This document shows positions 38,401 through 52,300 of a stretch of 64,000 nucleotides of DNA, piece by piece. A program made the position numbers and the translations under genes. Position 1 is the first letter of the stretch, and each line of letters starts with the position of its first letter. Source of the DNA: Cycas panzhihuaensis (taxonomy: Eukaryota > Plantae > Cycadophyta); contig CM041465.1 of assembly GCA_023213395.1 (NCBI GenBank), positions 139,383,741 to 139,447,740 of the forward strand. The letters are read 5' to 3'. The notes below the pieces were generated by a model that was not told where the DNA came from, searched no databases, and saw nothing but the letters and a program-made list of their open reading frames with translations.

Positions 38401-41400
38401 CATTGCACCCTAAAGTCTTCAAAAGGAGGGATCTCTAATTAGGACAACTCTTGAGGATGACCAACATGGAAATTCTTATAGAAATAATATGGAGTTCTTT
38501 GATTATCGAGAATACCTTCCCTTTTCTTATAGGTTGGGGAATAACATGCCTAAAATCATACCACCTTAAGCACATGGGTATGGTCTTCAGTGCCATGGGA
38601 ATCTCTACTGGAGGATTTTTTGCAAGTTGTTATTGTAAAGTGGAGGCATTGCCAACCTCCTTCGTAACTTAAGACCATATAACTAAGGACACTTGAGTGG
38701 TCTCAAGCAATTAAATGATCCTCTTACTCTTATTTTTAGGTTGAGAGTATATTACATGTTGAGTTATTGGGCTTAGAGGGGATGAAGTATTAATAGGTTC
38801 TTTGCTCTTGGATTGGTCTGATGGGGGAGGAGGAGGAGGAGAAGGATCTCTCCTCTGATTCCTTATTTGCCTATTTTATTAGTTTGCCTCTTGATCTTAT
38901 TCCTCATGGTTGGAGAGTGGATCTTGGTGGATTGGATACTCCAAATTAGGTTTGGAAGTGCCTTAGGATGGGGAGTCATGTGGTAGTGTAAGTTTAGGGT
39001 GTTGGGTCCAATACCATAAATCATCATGCATGCACTCACCATGGACTAAGTACCACTTCTTTTTAGGAGGAGGTCTTGTCATTTTCCCTTAATAAGATTA
39101 GGTGCCTTCATTTTTGGAAGGTGGGGTTTGGGTAGTTTGATGAACCTGTTGATATCTTTGTTGTGGAGTGGGTGGCTTATCCATAGGTTGAGCTAGTTAT
39201 AACTTTAGGTCCTTTATCATTCACTTAAAAGAGAAAATGATAAAAGTGAAAGGGTCTAGGGTTTTATCAATTATACTAACAGAAGGCCTAGAGGGTTATT
39301 GGGGTCCCTTTTGATCATGCACAGGAGGTAGTACCTCATGGAATTATATGTTTTTGAGAATCTTTTTGAGACATACTTGGATCTTGATTGATTCCAATGC
39401 TAGGCACTTGGGGATGTTATATTCACATATAATTTCTCCTATTTTGAGGACCTCCATGTGTACTTCAATATGTAAGGCATTGACAAAGATATCCCTCTTC
39501 AACTCTTTTAGCAATGTGGCCTTAGAAGAATGGAGGAGGTCATGGAACTATCAGATGAAGTCACGGTTCAAACCTCATGGCCTTGTTTGAGAAAAGGTAG
39601 GGCCTTAATCCCACTTTCAAAGAGATCAACCTACATCAAAATAGTTGATGAAAACATCAACTAATTATTGAAATGTAGAAATAAAATAGGTAGGAAGATG
39701 GTAAAACCATTTTAGTGCATCCCCTTAAAGTGACCTAAGGAATAATTTCATTAAAATATGATCGTATGCCAAGTAATCTATACATGCCATGGCAAAAGCC
39801 TTGGCATGGTCTATAGAGTCTTGGGAAGAAGTGCCATCAAATCATATCACTTTAGGTAGATGAGGAGGTAAGTTAATTTGTAGTACCTCTACAGATAGTG
39901 GGGTCAATCGATAATTAAAGAAGGGGTATACTCCTGGTTGGTTTAGTGGATCAATTAGGGAATTAGTTGTCACGGAGTAAGCATACCCCTCTCTAGCATA
40001 TGATAAATATAAAGGGGATGGATAAGGAGTATGTCCCTACTAATAAGGGATGTAAGTGGAAGGGGAATATGGGGCTCCTCTTAATTGGTAGGGAGGAGTG
40101 AGTCTTGAATAAAGGTGTGTCACATAGGGAGGTGGGTGAGGGGGCCTCAATCCATCTCGGGGACATGTCATGTAAGTGGGTGGGATATGGGCTTGTGTCC
40201 TTAGAGGAATGAGGGCATATTAGGGCAAAATATGTGGGGGAACATGTCTTCCTTAGCAAGGGCCTACTTATGGCATACAGTAAGGGTTTTAAGATGTAGG
40301 GCAGGGTAGTATATTTTGTCCAAAGCATCCTCCAACATGAGGGGTAATCCCATAAGGGTAGAGGGAGTCCACCCCATAGGTATAAAGGGGTTCTAAACTC
40401 CCATGCCCCCAAGGTTACAATGTATACCCTAGGGGAAATATATAAAGATAGATCTATTGAATATAGACATGGATGAGTAGGGGATAAGCTTCCTTGCCTT
40501 GGATAGTAAGGGCATAAAGGTATGGTAGAAGAAAGAGGCAAGACGAGCATTATAATAGGATGAGGGATTGTTATTTAGAGAGGAGGAGTGCTTGTCCTAA
40601 CATGGAGAATTTGTGCACCTTATGATGCTTCTTGATTTGAAGTGGTACCTATGATCATTGGTTTAGATGTACCCTCTTAGAGAGAGGACGCAACAAAGTT
40701 TGAGGAGGTGAGGGGTGGGATTATAGTAGAAGTTGAAGTCAAAGTAAAGAGATGCTAATGTAGCCACCTTGAGGGTGTTGACTTATTGCTACCTCAAAAT
40801 ACTTTTGCAAGGCTACCACATCCCTAGGTGGAGTATTAATAGGGTCTTAAGAAGAGGAATGCTCTCCTTGGTGACCAAAATAGATGGGAAAGGGGGTAGG
40901 AGCTTACTCAAAATATTGAGCAGGATCAATAGGTTGAGCTAATCCTATGGCATATGCAAGGGGTCCTAAAGGGTCTTGATAGACCCCTAATTGCTCAATA
41001 ACATGGTAGGATGAGCCCCTTCCAATATGGGGGGTGGGGGGGGGGGGGGGGGAAGTCCTCATATGGGTAAGAGGCCTTATTATACAAATTATAATCCTAG
41101 TATGATGGACACCCCTCTATTAGTAGCTCTTAGTTGATAGATGTGATGGGGGAATAGGGTGGTTCTACTTCCAAGGGAGGCAAGCCATATAAGTGATGAG
41201 AAAAATATTGCATTCATAGTATGGTCAAAGTCACTTAGAAGCATGGACAAGGATAGGAATAAGACATGCATGGATTACTAACACCCTAATGAGCCCTAAC
41301 TGTAAAGAGGTTGTGTGAGGAATGCCTAGAATGATTAAAGAGCTTCCTACTAATGAGTCCCCAGTATGGTTGCTAATGAAGCATTCCTTATGGTTGAGGT

Positions 41401-43380
41401 CATAAGATGTTCATACTAGAATTAACTGTGAAGCCTATGGTACATAACTTCTACGAGTGTGAATGAGTCCTATGAGACTAATGAAGGGCACCCTTGTGCT
41501 ATTTAAATACATATGCAAGGGGAGTGTTTCTTCCTATCTAATAGGCTAAACTAAGGGCATCTAAATAAGTGAGAGTATGAATCAAAGGGAATGTATAACC
41601 CTTGAATGCCAAATGATACCTATAAAAAAGGGGGAGGCATAACATACTCCTAAAAATGTAACTATGTACTCTTTCAATTTGGATAAATCCACCTAGCTTA
41701 TTCCTAGTAGGGATTATGTTGTACCCTTACAGATTTGAGACTTGCATTAGCACAATCCTTTCTCATGTTTGGGCTTGAAATCTAGTATGTAATCTATTAA
41801 TTCAATACCCTACTTGAAAATGTGATGAAATGTAAATATAAATGTAAATAAAGAAGATGCAAAACAAATAGTCCTTTTCTTTTCTTTGATATGAAAGAAA
41901 AGAGAAAATGGAGAAGAAAAGCTAGGTAAGCTAAAGAAAATCCTTCTCTTTACTTCTTTCTTTCTCTCTCTCTTTTTTTTTTTCTTTGTTTTTGAAATGA
42001 AAGAAAAAGAAAGAGGGGAAAGTAACTAGGTAAACTATGGAAACTCCCTTGCTTTATTTCTTTCTTTCTCTATTTTTTTTTTTTTTCATTTGTTTGTTTG
42101 TTTTTTTTTAAGGGAAACAAGGGAAAAGAAAGTGATAAGAAAAATAAAGAAATGTTTTATACTTTCTCTTTTCTTCTTCTTTCTTTTCTTTTAAAAGCAT
42201 CAAATAAAAGATAATGAACTAAAAGAGGTGATGTGTACCCAAAAAAAGAATAGATTGATGCATTAATAGCTCCCTTCTAATGAATTGTAGCATCCTTGAT
42301 GTGGTAGGAAGGAAACGAAGCTAATACTTACCCATTCGTAGAAGGATTTTTGCAATATTTCTGCTTGTTGAAAGCTCTTATGATAAAGAAAATAATATAA
42401 GAGTTACAAAAACTTAGAAGGAAAATTAAAAAAAGGGGGGTGTACAACTTACCTTTCTAATGACAATTGATATGGTAGTTGTTACAATGTTTGTGTTATG
42501 GAAATTGGTTGAAAGTTTTACCAACTTCTATCTCCTTCCTAAAAACATACTAGTTTCCTTGCAAAAATAGCAAGCTTATTATATCTTTGATGTAAATGAT
42601 CATACATAACTTGCGTAAGCTTAAAACATAAAGGAAATAATCCTAAATATATGTGCAGTAAAGAGAAAAATGGATGGGTTTAGGGTGCCTCAAAATGGTA
42701 ACTGTCCCCCAAATATGTGTCCCTATACTTGCAACTTGCTCCAAAGTATTAGTTAAGAGAAGGCACAAGAATCAAGAAGAGACTTTATTCATAAAGTAAA
42801 TAAGATGATAACAAATAAAAGAAACCACTAATAAATCACCATCAAGAAAATCACACAATATGGCATGACCAAGATGAAATAAATGGAATCAAAGTTATCT
42901 CAAGCATGGATAAATGGATCACCTATACCTTAGTGAAGGAATAATGGCCAATGGCTACTAAATTTTCCCTCCAATAACTCTTGGGTGTTTACTCCAAATC
43001 TCTCAAATGAAAACTAGTTGTATGCTCCAAATTCTAGAGTTCTAGCCAAATTTTAGAGTTGGTGGTTTTTTACCCATAATATGAGGAAAACCATCAACCA
43101 AAAAACCATGAGTCTTTCTCATGGTTTGATGAATCTAACTTTGAAATAGGCAAACACTGTATGGATTAAGGCATGTTTAACCTCCTAATACTATTGCAAA
43201 TAGACCTAGGACTGATGTGGCCCACCAAGTCTAACATTCAACCATTAATGAGCTAAATGTCACTATTAACCTAAATCTAGGTTGGTGATAGTCATACCAT
43301 AAATCTGTTTATGATATCATGAACATATTTATGGTACCATAAAATAGTTTGTTGTACACTAATGTAGTTAAAAATTAAAG
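35406..43380 (-). mobile_element. 5' half of the old Tat-type element (LTR from 41377 to about 43380, PBS 41358-41375, decayed gag-PR-RT-RH from about 41213 to 35406)
   Basis: 'AMACIDYLAYDHILMKLF', 'KRTIVDNNSLVN', 'KWVSNIVLVAK..DFKDINNACPKDNF', 'VFMDDLIG', 'LYTLTIDES'; PBS TAGCAACCATACTGGGGA. Outer LTR boundary uncertain. Confidence 0.88.
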
Positions 43381-43389
43381 TAATAAAGT

Positions 43390-45795
43390 AACAAGGTCTA
43401 TTTTCCACCAACTTTTCATTATACAATCAAGTAGACTTACCAAATAATAGACTAAAGGTAGGAACCAATTAACTTTGAGTGGTGATAAAGCAAAAAGAAG
43501 GCCAGATAAGAAAAAATGAGGTAATAATCGATAGGGAAACAAGTTGCAAGTGGATGAGGAGGTACCTTTTCTAACCCAAGAAACCTAACAAGTAGATACC
43601 AAAGCCATGGACCAAAATCCTAATCATCATTAGCATGCAAAAGGCACATAAATCAACTATTAAATAAGTAATCTATCATGCATCAACCAAACAACCTCAA
43701 ATATAAATTAATAAAGAGTGAAAAGGTGTAGAGAATATAACTTTACTTACCTTACTTGGTCAAGTGTCTAAATCCCATTCACAAAAACTAAGAAACAAGT
43801 ATTTACAATTGATGAAGGATGTACGTTCTCCTCCTACTACTCCTAAGAGAGAGTCTAGCATGAGGCACTCCATAAACCATGCCTTAATGGCATGAGTCCT
43901 TGATACTCCTGAGCCTTTCATATTTGAGGAGGTGGTTAAAGACCAAATATGGAAAGATACAATGGATGAAGAAATGAACTCAATCATCAAGAATGATACA
44001 TAGGAGCTAACTAATTTACCACTTGAAAAGAATCTAATTGATTATAGATGGATTTATAAAATAAAGTTTCATGCCAATGGTACCATTGAGCATCAAAAAG
44101 CTCATTTGGTTGCAAAACGTTTTAAACGATAATAGTAGATTGATTATGAAGAGACCTTTTCACCCATTACTAACATGACCGTATTCCATCTAGTTATGTC
44201 ACTTGCGACCTAATTCAACTAGCTTGCATACTAGATGGATATGAAGAGTGCCTTCATAAATGAAGAACTCATTGAAGAAGTTTTCTTGAGGCAACCTATC
44301 AGTTATGCTATTCTTGGAAAAGAATACTTACTTTGTAAGCTCAAGGAAGCCCTTTATGGATTAAAGTAAGCACCTCATTCTTGGTATGTAAAAATTAACG
44401 CCTTCTTTATATAGTATAGATTCACTCATTCATCCTCTGATCCTAATCTATACATTTATGTTAGAGGCTATTTGATCGCTATCACAGTTCTTTATGTGGA
44501 TAACTTAATAATCATTGGAAATGATGATGATGACATAGATTGTCTCCAAATAGAACTCAATGGTAACTTCAAGATGATTGACATTGGCTTATTATATTAT
44601 TTCCTTAGTATTGAGGTATAGTAGGAATTTGGTCATAAATTGCTATTATAATCTAAATATAATAATGAACTTTTATAGTAATTCATAATGGGCAATTGAA
44701 AACCATCACTTATACTAATGGAAATGGGAACTAATCTCACTCTAGATGAATAAGGTAAGCCCTTTAATCTCACCTTGTATTAATAGGTAATTTGGAGTTT
44801 GATCTACTTTACACTCAACTAGATATCTCCTATATAGTTAGGATTTGTTCTAGATACATATCATAGCCCAAAGCATCTCATTGGAAAGTTTCCACTAGAA
44901 TCCTCAAATACATCCACGTCATGATTTAGATTGGCCTAGATTATAACCAAGTTGATAATCCTATATTAGAAGGATATATAAATGCTAATTAGGTTAGCTT
45001 CCAAGACTCATGCCATTCCATGTCAGGGTATTGCTTTGATATGAAATGAGTTATAGTCTCTTGGAGCTATAAAAAATAACCAAATATTGCTCTCTCCTCC
45101 ATAGAAGCTGAATATAAAGTAATTGTTCATGTCACTACTAAGGTGATTTGGATTCATGGAATTTTTATTGAACATGGACTTCAATAGACTCATGCCATTA
45201 CTCTCTATTTTGACAATTAAAGTGAGTTAAAGATGACCAAGAATCCTATCTTCCATACAAGAACCAAACATATAGAGTCCCATCATCACTTCATCCATGA
45301 GTATGTGCAAAATGGAGAAGTTAACCTTGTGTATTGATGGATTGAGGACCAAGTGGTAAACATCTTCACTAAAGCACTTGGAAGACCAAAGTTTGAAAGG
45401 TTTCGACATAACCTCAACATCAAGACAAATGAGCTATCATTAAGGGAGTGTGTTAAAACATTAAAGACATCATATTTGTAAATGTATCTTATGTAACTTT
45501 GTAATATAATGTTATACCAAATTAAAATTAATTCATAATGTAATATATTGTTAGGTCTACCCCTTATCGAATAATAAGCTAATAATATTAGCTTGTTATG
45601 TTAGCCAATGAGATTAATCTTTGAGGTATGTCATGGCCTATAAATTACACTCTTATTTACACATTGGATTATTAGATATAGCAAAGCTCTACCAAATCTA
45701 GGATTGATGGTGCCAACTAATTTGGTAGTCTCAGTTTTGTGTAAATAATTCTTAATGATCTATTGTTTACTTTGGTTTATCATTTAATTTTTACA
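43390..45795 (+). mobile_element. 5'-truncated degenerate Ty1/copia (RT, RNase H, PPT, 3' LTR from 45451)
   Basis: 'WKDTMDEEMNSIIKNDT', 'DYEETFSP', 'MDMKSAF', 'KLKEALYGLK', 'LYVDN', 'RTKHIE', 'IFTKALG'; AAGGGAG then TGTTAA. Confidence 0.88.
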
Positions 45796-46872
45796 TGCAC
45801 ATAAGTTGTTGAGATCTTATCTTGAATTTTTTGGTATTAAATAAAAAGTAAAAATAGAAATTAAGAATATTACAAGAATTACATCAAAAAAACTTAAATA
45901 AAAGTTATAAAGAATATATAGATAAATTTGTAAGGCATGCAATTGAGGATGACATACTTATATTAAAGAATAATAAAGTACAAGATTATACAACACCAAA
46001 GAAAAAAGGGTCTATAAACATTAAGTAATTCACAAGGGAAATCATAATCCCACCACTTGCTTTTAGTATGAAGGAAGAAAAAAATAATAAACAATAAGAA
46101 ATAAGGATGAAATATTAATAACTGACAAGGACAAAAACCCTACTCCATTTCCAAAAGAACATATGTCAATTTATAATCAAAGGGTTATTAAGTAGACACT
46201 AGAAAGGTTACTAATGCTAGTGATAATGTTCTCATCCCTTAATCTATTTGAGAAGAACCAAGTACTATAAACAACATCTTATGATCAATCTAAGCAAAGT
46301 TATTAGCACTAGTAATAACAAGTTCATGTCCTAATCAATTAGGGTAGAATCCAAAAACCAATATAAAATCTTATACCTTACATTAATATTGTCATGTTAT
46401 AACACCAATAATGACTTTTTAGAAAAGTATATTTAATGATTTTAGAAAATATGACCATTCACAACTCAATATCAATCTAGAAATTGAATTCAGAGCTAAA
46501 GGGAGGATATCTTGGTAATAATCTTTGGAGATCAACTTAGAGAAGAAAGAAATCTCATAATCTTTGAGTCAACATCTATTAAAGGATTCTAACTAGTTTA
46601 CAATAACATCAACTTGTCCAAGTTTTTCCTTGCTTTGTATTTATTATTTTTTTAAAGTTTTAAGAATTATAACTTAAGGATATAGACCAGATGATTATGA
46701 CATGCTCTTATCAATAAGAGGCAATATTTAGCCATCATTTTAAAATATACTTCATGGGAAAAGCATTTTGAGAAGGGGATATTGTAATGACCCTAATTAA
46801 TAATGATTAATTATATAATTATTATCAAATGGTATATTTGAATAGTTGAATCCTTTCATTAAGGGATATTAT

Positions 46873-46945
46873 CTCTCTCTCTCTCTCTCTCTCTCACATG
46901 CACACACACACATACACATACACATACACATGTGTGTGTGTATGT
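46873..46945. repeat. Compound (CT)n/(CA)n/(TG)n microsatellite
   Basis: Directly visible in the sequence. Confidence 0.9.
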
Positions 46946-49329
46946 ATGACCAGTGTAACATGTATCATTATTTATTTATTAATTAATTATTTGGTCTACC
47001 ATTAAACACTTTATATATTTGCTTATGCTCATGCATTCTCTTCTTGTACTTGAGCTTTTATCCTCAAGTTATAAACTTAGGTTCATAACAAGTTACTTTT
47101 TACCTTTTTATATTTTCTTCTTATTTACTTATCATATTTAATGACTTATTAAGTATCTATTGACCATACTTATATATAACTTTATCCCCATCTTTAGGTA
47201 ATCCCTTTTTCATTCTCATATAGGTTTCCTTTTAGAAAGTTTCATATTAATGGTTATATAAGAGATTGGTAGTAGTTCTCTTTTGACATCATTTTATAGG
47301 AAGAAGATTAAAAAGGAGAAAATATTTTTGCCACCAGAGTGAGAAATGCTAATCAATAAGAATCCATCTTTAAGAAATAAACTTGTAAGAGGCACTCATA
47401 TACTTAGTCTGATTATTTTAGCAAAGGAAAGAATAAGAGGTTGTAATAAAAAAAAATCCAAAAACTCTTTCTAAAAGAAATTTTATTGTATATATATAAA
47501 TACATTCATCACCCATAAGGATACATGTTTCTTATATAATGAGTTTTATTCCTTTATTCTAGTATATATCCTTACTCTAGGTATTTCCTTAGATTAGAAG
47601 AATGAAGCCCCCACCCAAATAAAATATTTTGGCAGCTACATTGGAGAATGTAATTGATTCTACCATGATTTCCATCACTATGGCAATCATACTTAGAGCT
47701 TTCTTTTTCAATCTCACTTTAGAATAGATACTCTTTTGTTTCCTTTACCTTTGGATTTTGATTTCCCTTTATTTGTCTATTTAGAATTCACTTTACATAA
47801 TCATGTTTCTCTTTTGTGGCATGATTCTTATAAAAACCTAAAATTTATCCTAAAATATTTTGTACTATAATAAATAATATTGATCTTCTTACTAAAATGG
47901 TAACTACCAAAAATATTCTTGAAGAAAAGTGCACTTTCTCCTACTACTTCACCTTTTCCAAAAGTTGAAGTTGGTTTAATCATCATGAATTACTTGATCT
48001 GGCTCTTTGCCTATCATACAACCATTGGTACATTCCCCACTTTTCTTACAAAATATTGATAACCCACTCATAAGGCCCTGATAATCATATTTTTATTTCT
48101 TTGATTAGGCTTCTATCATTCTCATAATAAAAGCTTTGGAAAATACACTCCCAATATTACCAAGTATAGTTATCTCTCACGAGGCCCTACCTCAAAGGCC
48201 TTTTACATCATCTTTTTCTTCTATCTAATAAGATCAAAAAATGAATATTGATGCTAATATTCAACCTAGAATCTCACATGACTAAAACCATGCAATTAAT
48301 ATTGATCTACCAATGTGGATGCTATCATTAATATTTGATATTTTAAAAACACAAGTAATAAAAGTAGGGTATGGTTTTTTCTCTCAAGTTGATTCACTAA
48401 ATCATAAGAGGGGAATCTCATCCTCCAACACTCCCTCATACTTATGACAATCTTTAACCTTTCCAAATACCATAATTATAGTCTCAATTTGGACATACTC
48501 ATATACCTTCATATCCCAAAGGGTCATCTAGTATGAAACCCATTTCTAATGGGTGTTAGTCTACTTTCCTACCCACTTCCACCACCATAATACAAAATTA
48601 GTCTTGGTCAATGTCCATCATATCTTATGTAAGAAATTTGGTAGTCTAAGATCCCCCTATATGAAAAACCTTTACTCCCTATAAGTTAAACATAAGTGTA
48701 ATAATGAGGATAAATAATGATCCCCTCCATAATGAGAATAAACTATAACTTTATAATTTTAAACTGCTAAATAGCATAAACTACTATAAGTCCCATATAT
48801 ACTCTAACATAGGTATCAATTTTCTCATATGCATATAAATGTATTAAAATAAAAAGTCACATATTTTAAAATAAATATTTTGGTAACCATATAGTTGTCA
48901 CACTCATAATGTAATTTATATACAAGTTAACATGATCTCATACTCCTCTAAGATTAGATGATAATTACTTTACATAGATATTACATATGTTAGTCTAAGT
49001 TTGAATGGTTAGTAACCCTATTATTATGTATGTCTCTCCCCCCCAAGCTCTCACCCTAATTGACTTTAATTCTAACTCTTTTACATATTATGATAAGTCC
49101 ATAGAGTGTAATACTTTCACACATCCTATAAATAAGGTTTTCAACCCCTCTTTCACAACCAATGACTTGCCTTTTTTAATACCCTTTTTTAGGTAGGAGG
49201 CTTGGACATCATGACAACTTCTTTAAGGAGTCCTTGTGATTTATAGTCTAGTCTTATGAGAATGGTGACAAACCTCATCTTATGACCCCAATGAGGGCCA
49301 AAACCATTTAGGGGCTTGATTACTTTAAA

Positions 49330-52300
49330 AATGATAAAGTACTTTATGAACACCTAGTTAGCAATGTCCTTTATCACCCCCTAAATCTCCATAAGTTAGG
49401 GTTTTAAAAATTCTTGACCTTTGGTTCTTACTTATCTAATATAAATTCACCCAATGAAATCTAAGTCACTCCTATTTAGGAGGCACCACTTCACTTTAAG
49501 AAAATATATGTTTTGCTTATGGGTGAGACCATTGATATTCACATAACTAAGGGAATGGCTATAAAAGGGAGGCCAAAATGTAATCCCAAGGAGATTGCCT
49601 AATACATAGAACCCTTTTGAGAGTTTTAAGATATCATTGCTTAGGATTATTTAGATATGATTGGTACCAATCTAAATATTATCATTTATAATCTCAGGGC
49701 ACTCCCAAGTAATAAACTGATTAGGAAAGTGTAATGCCCTATCCACCGTAAACTTTTAGCCATAATGAATATAGAGGTTGAAGTACTATTTAATATTGGC
49801 CTAATTAAATCTATGAATTATATATATTGAGTCTCTAATATCGCCCCAATTGTGAAGAAGAATAGGGTAGTATAAATTTATCTTATTTATAGAGATATTA
49901 ATAATGTATGCCCTAAAGATAATTTCTCCTTATTATTCATAGATTAAATTATTGAGAGGATATGGATATTTAAGGTAATGTCATTAATAGATGATTTATC
50001 GAGGTACAACCAAATCTAAATCTATCTTGAGAATTGTGTGGTACATTTTCACCAAGTGTTTGAGTGTTAATAGGTTAAGGAGGTTAAGGTTAGGAGTATA
50101 TAATAATAGGGGAAATGTATGATTAGTTAGCTTAGTAATAGAATAATATCCTCCTATAAATACAATACCCCCATATTATGTGAGTTTATGTTGGTTAATA
50201 TAATTCTATTGGTATCCACTTCTTTATCATTTGGTTCTTATTTGTTACTCTTTACATCCATCATCAGTTCCATCCACCTCCATCTATTTTTTTGTTTTCT
50301 TGCTCTATTTTTATATGTTAAAGAGATAACAAGGCCAAACTAATTATGTTTGGTATCAGAGCAAGATTATTTAGCAAAACAAATTCACTTTTCTACTTTG
50401 ATGTAGGTTTTGAAGGCATTTTTAGAAGTTTAATTACTAATATTTTCAAAAAATAATGAAAACTTTTATACAAAATGACTCATTATGCAAATTTTGAGTG
50501 GTTACACTATATGTTTTAAGGTAAAAGTACAAAAATTATTGTAGATTTAATTTTGGCCTACTTTCCATCACTAACTTTAGAGCCAAATCTACTACTTCAA
50601 CCTCAAATGACTATAACTTTGGTTATGGTTATCAAAATAACCTTTATTTCATTTTTTAATTTTTATTTTATGCATTTTGAAGTCTACTTTCCAATGGAAG
50701 TAGACTCAAATTGATTAGAGATTTGATTAGAAAGTTATAAATATTTTATCAAAATATATTATTGGTCTTAAAACCCTTAGAAGTAATCATTCTTTAAATG
50801 TATATATCTTTTGATATAGGTATCATACTTTGATTACATCTAAACTATTAGAATTGTAATTCAAATGATATTATTTTATGCTTTTTGGAGCTATTCTATT
50901 TTAGATATTAAATATTAAAGTTAATACTTTATAATTATAAAATATTTTATATTATACTTTTACTTTATAATAGAAGTTATTTAGAATTTAGCTGAAATGT
51001 CATTGCTCTTAAGGCTCTAATACTTCCCTATAATCAAAATCCTCAAAATAGGAGGAAGAAAAAAGGGGATTATAATAAGGGGACTAATAAACTATAAACA
51101 CCCCCTTCCTCTATTATCCTTTACTCCACTACTAATTTATTTCAATAATGATAGAGTCTTCTTTTGCTTATCAATCAAATGAGATTGCCAAGTTAGTATC
51201 CCAATTAGTTGCATAAGTGTCCTAGGTGGCTGCTCAAAATTAAGAGATCATCATTGCCCATTTTTTTCCAAATATACGCCCTTGCATTGTACAAAGGTAG
51301 ATTGACTAGATATAAAACTTTTTCAATTGCCACCCATATTCCATAACAAGCTACTTGACTTTGATTATAATCATACTATTAGTATCACTGGTGGCAAATC
51401 AGAATCCTAGTATCATTAGTGGTTATATAATTTCATTGACCACTCATGGGACTCATTTATACGATGATTCCTAAACTAATATGAAGATACTTTGTATAGT
51501 GAATACTTTTATCCTTGATCTACAATAGTTAGAGCATACACTAAGGAATTCAAGGTCACACTTAATCAATAGTTTATACCTTATAATCAATAGTCTCTTA
51601 TTGATCTGTATGTATTTAGCCTCAAAGACCACATTCAAACACAACTCTAGATGGTATCTCCAACATATCTAGCAACAACCATATCCATGGTAAAGGCAAT
51701 ATAAGCAAAATAAGAAGTAAAACCAAAAGGAGAAGAAGAAGAAAAAGGAGGAGCAAATCTAAAAGAAGAATAAACAAAAGTAAAAGTAGACTAAGAAGAA
51801 GATGAAGAAGAAGAAGAAAATAAAGAAATAATAATAGAGGATAAGCATGCCAAAGTAACTTTGCTTATATTCCTTCCACATATCAATGTCCTCAACCCCA
51901 TCACCTTGCTAGAAGATAACACATTTCAAGGTAACCTAGTGCATGACAAATAAGACCTTTCAATAAATATTGACATCAATAAGGAGGTTCCAGCATCCTT
52001 GTCCTTTCTCTAGGAGTATTCAAGGCCATATTTTTATAGATCCTCATATTACTACACTATGGCCCTTAATTTATTTGATGATGTTATCCATCCAAAGGGG
52101 TCACTCTTCTTTAGGACCTATTCCCACCTAATGGGAGATGTCCTAGTAGTAGTTTCTTTATTATGTCATAAAGATAATATATCTACCTATGACATTCTCA
52201 AAGTAGTAGGTGGTGGACATATGCATTTTTATATTAAGATACTTTGAGGGCAAAGCATCTCAAGGGGAATGACATGTGGAGAGCCTTCACCACATGTTAG

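Noticed and set aside
41029-41052. Poly-G run as a functional G-quadruplex
   Set aside because: A homopolymer expansion inside a dead gag region, with no counterpart of this length in the young copy.
45800-47500. Possible further LTR element remnant (PPT-like tract and TGTAATGACCC at about 46775-46795)
   Set aside because: Too decayed to define boundaries or coding motifs by eye.
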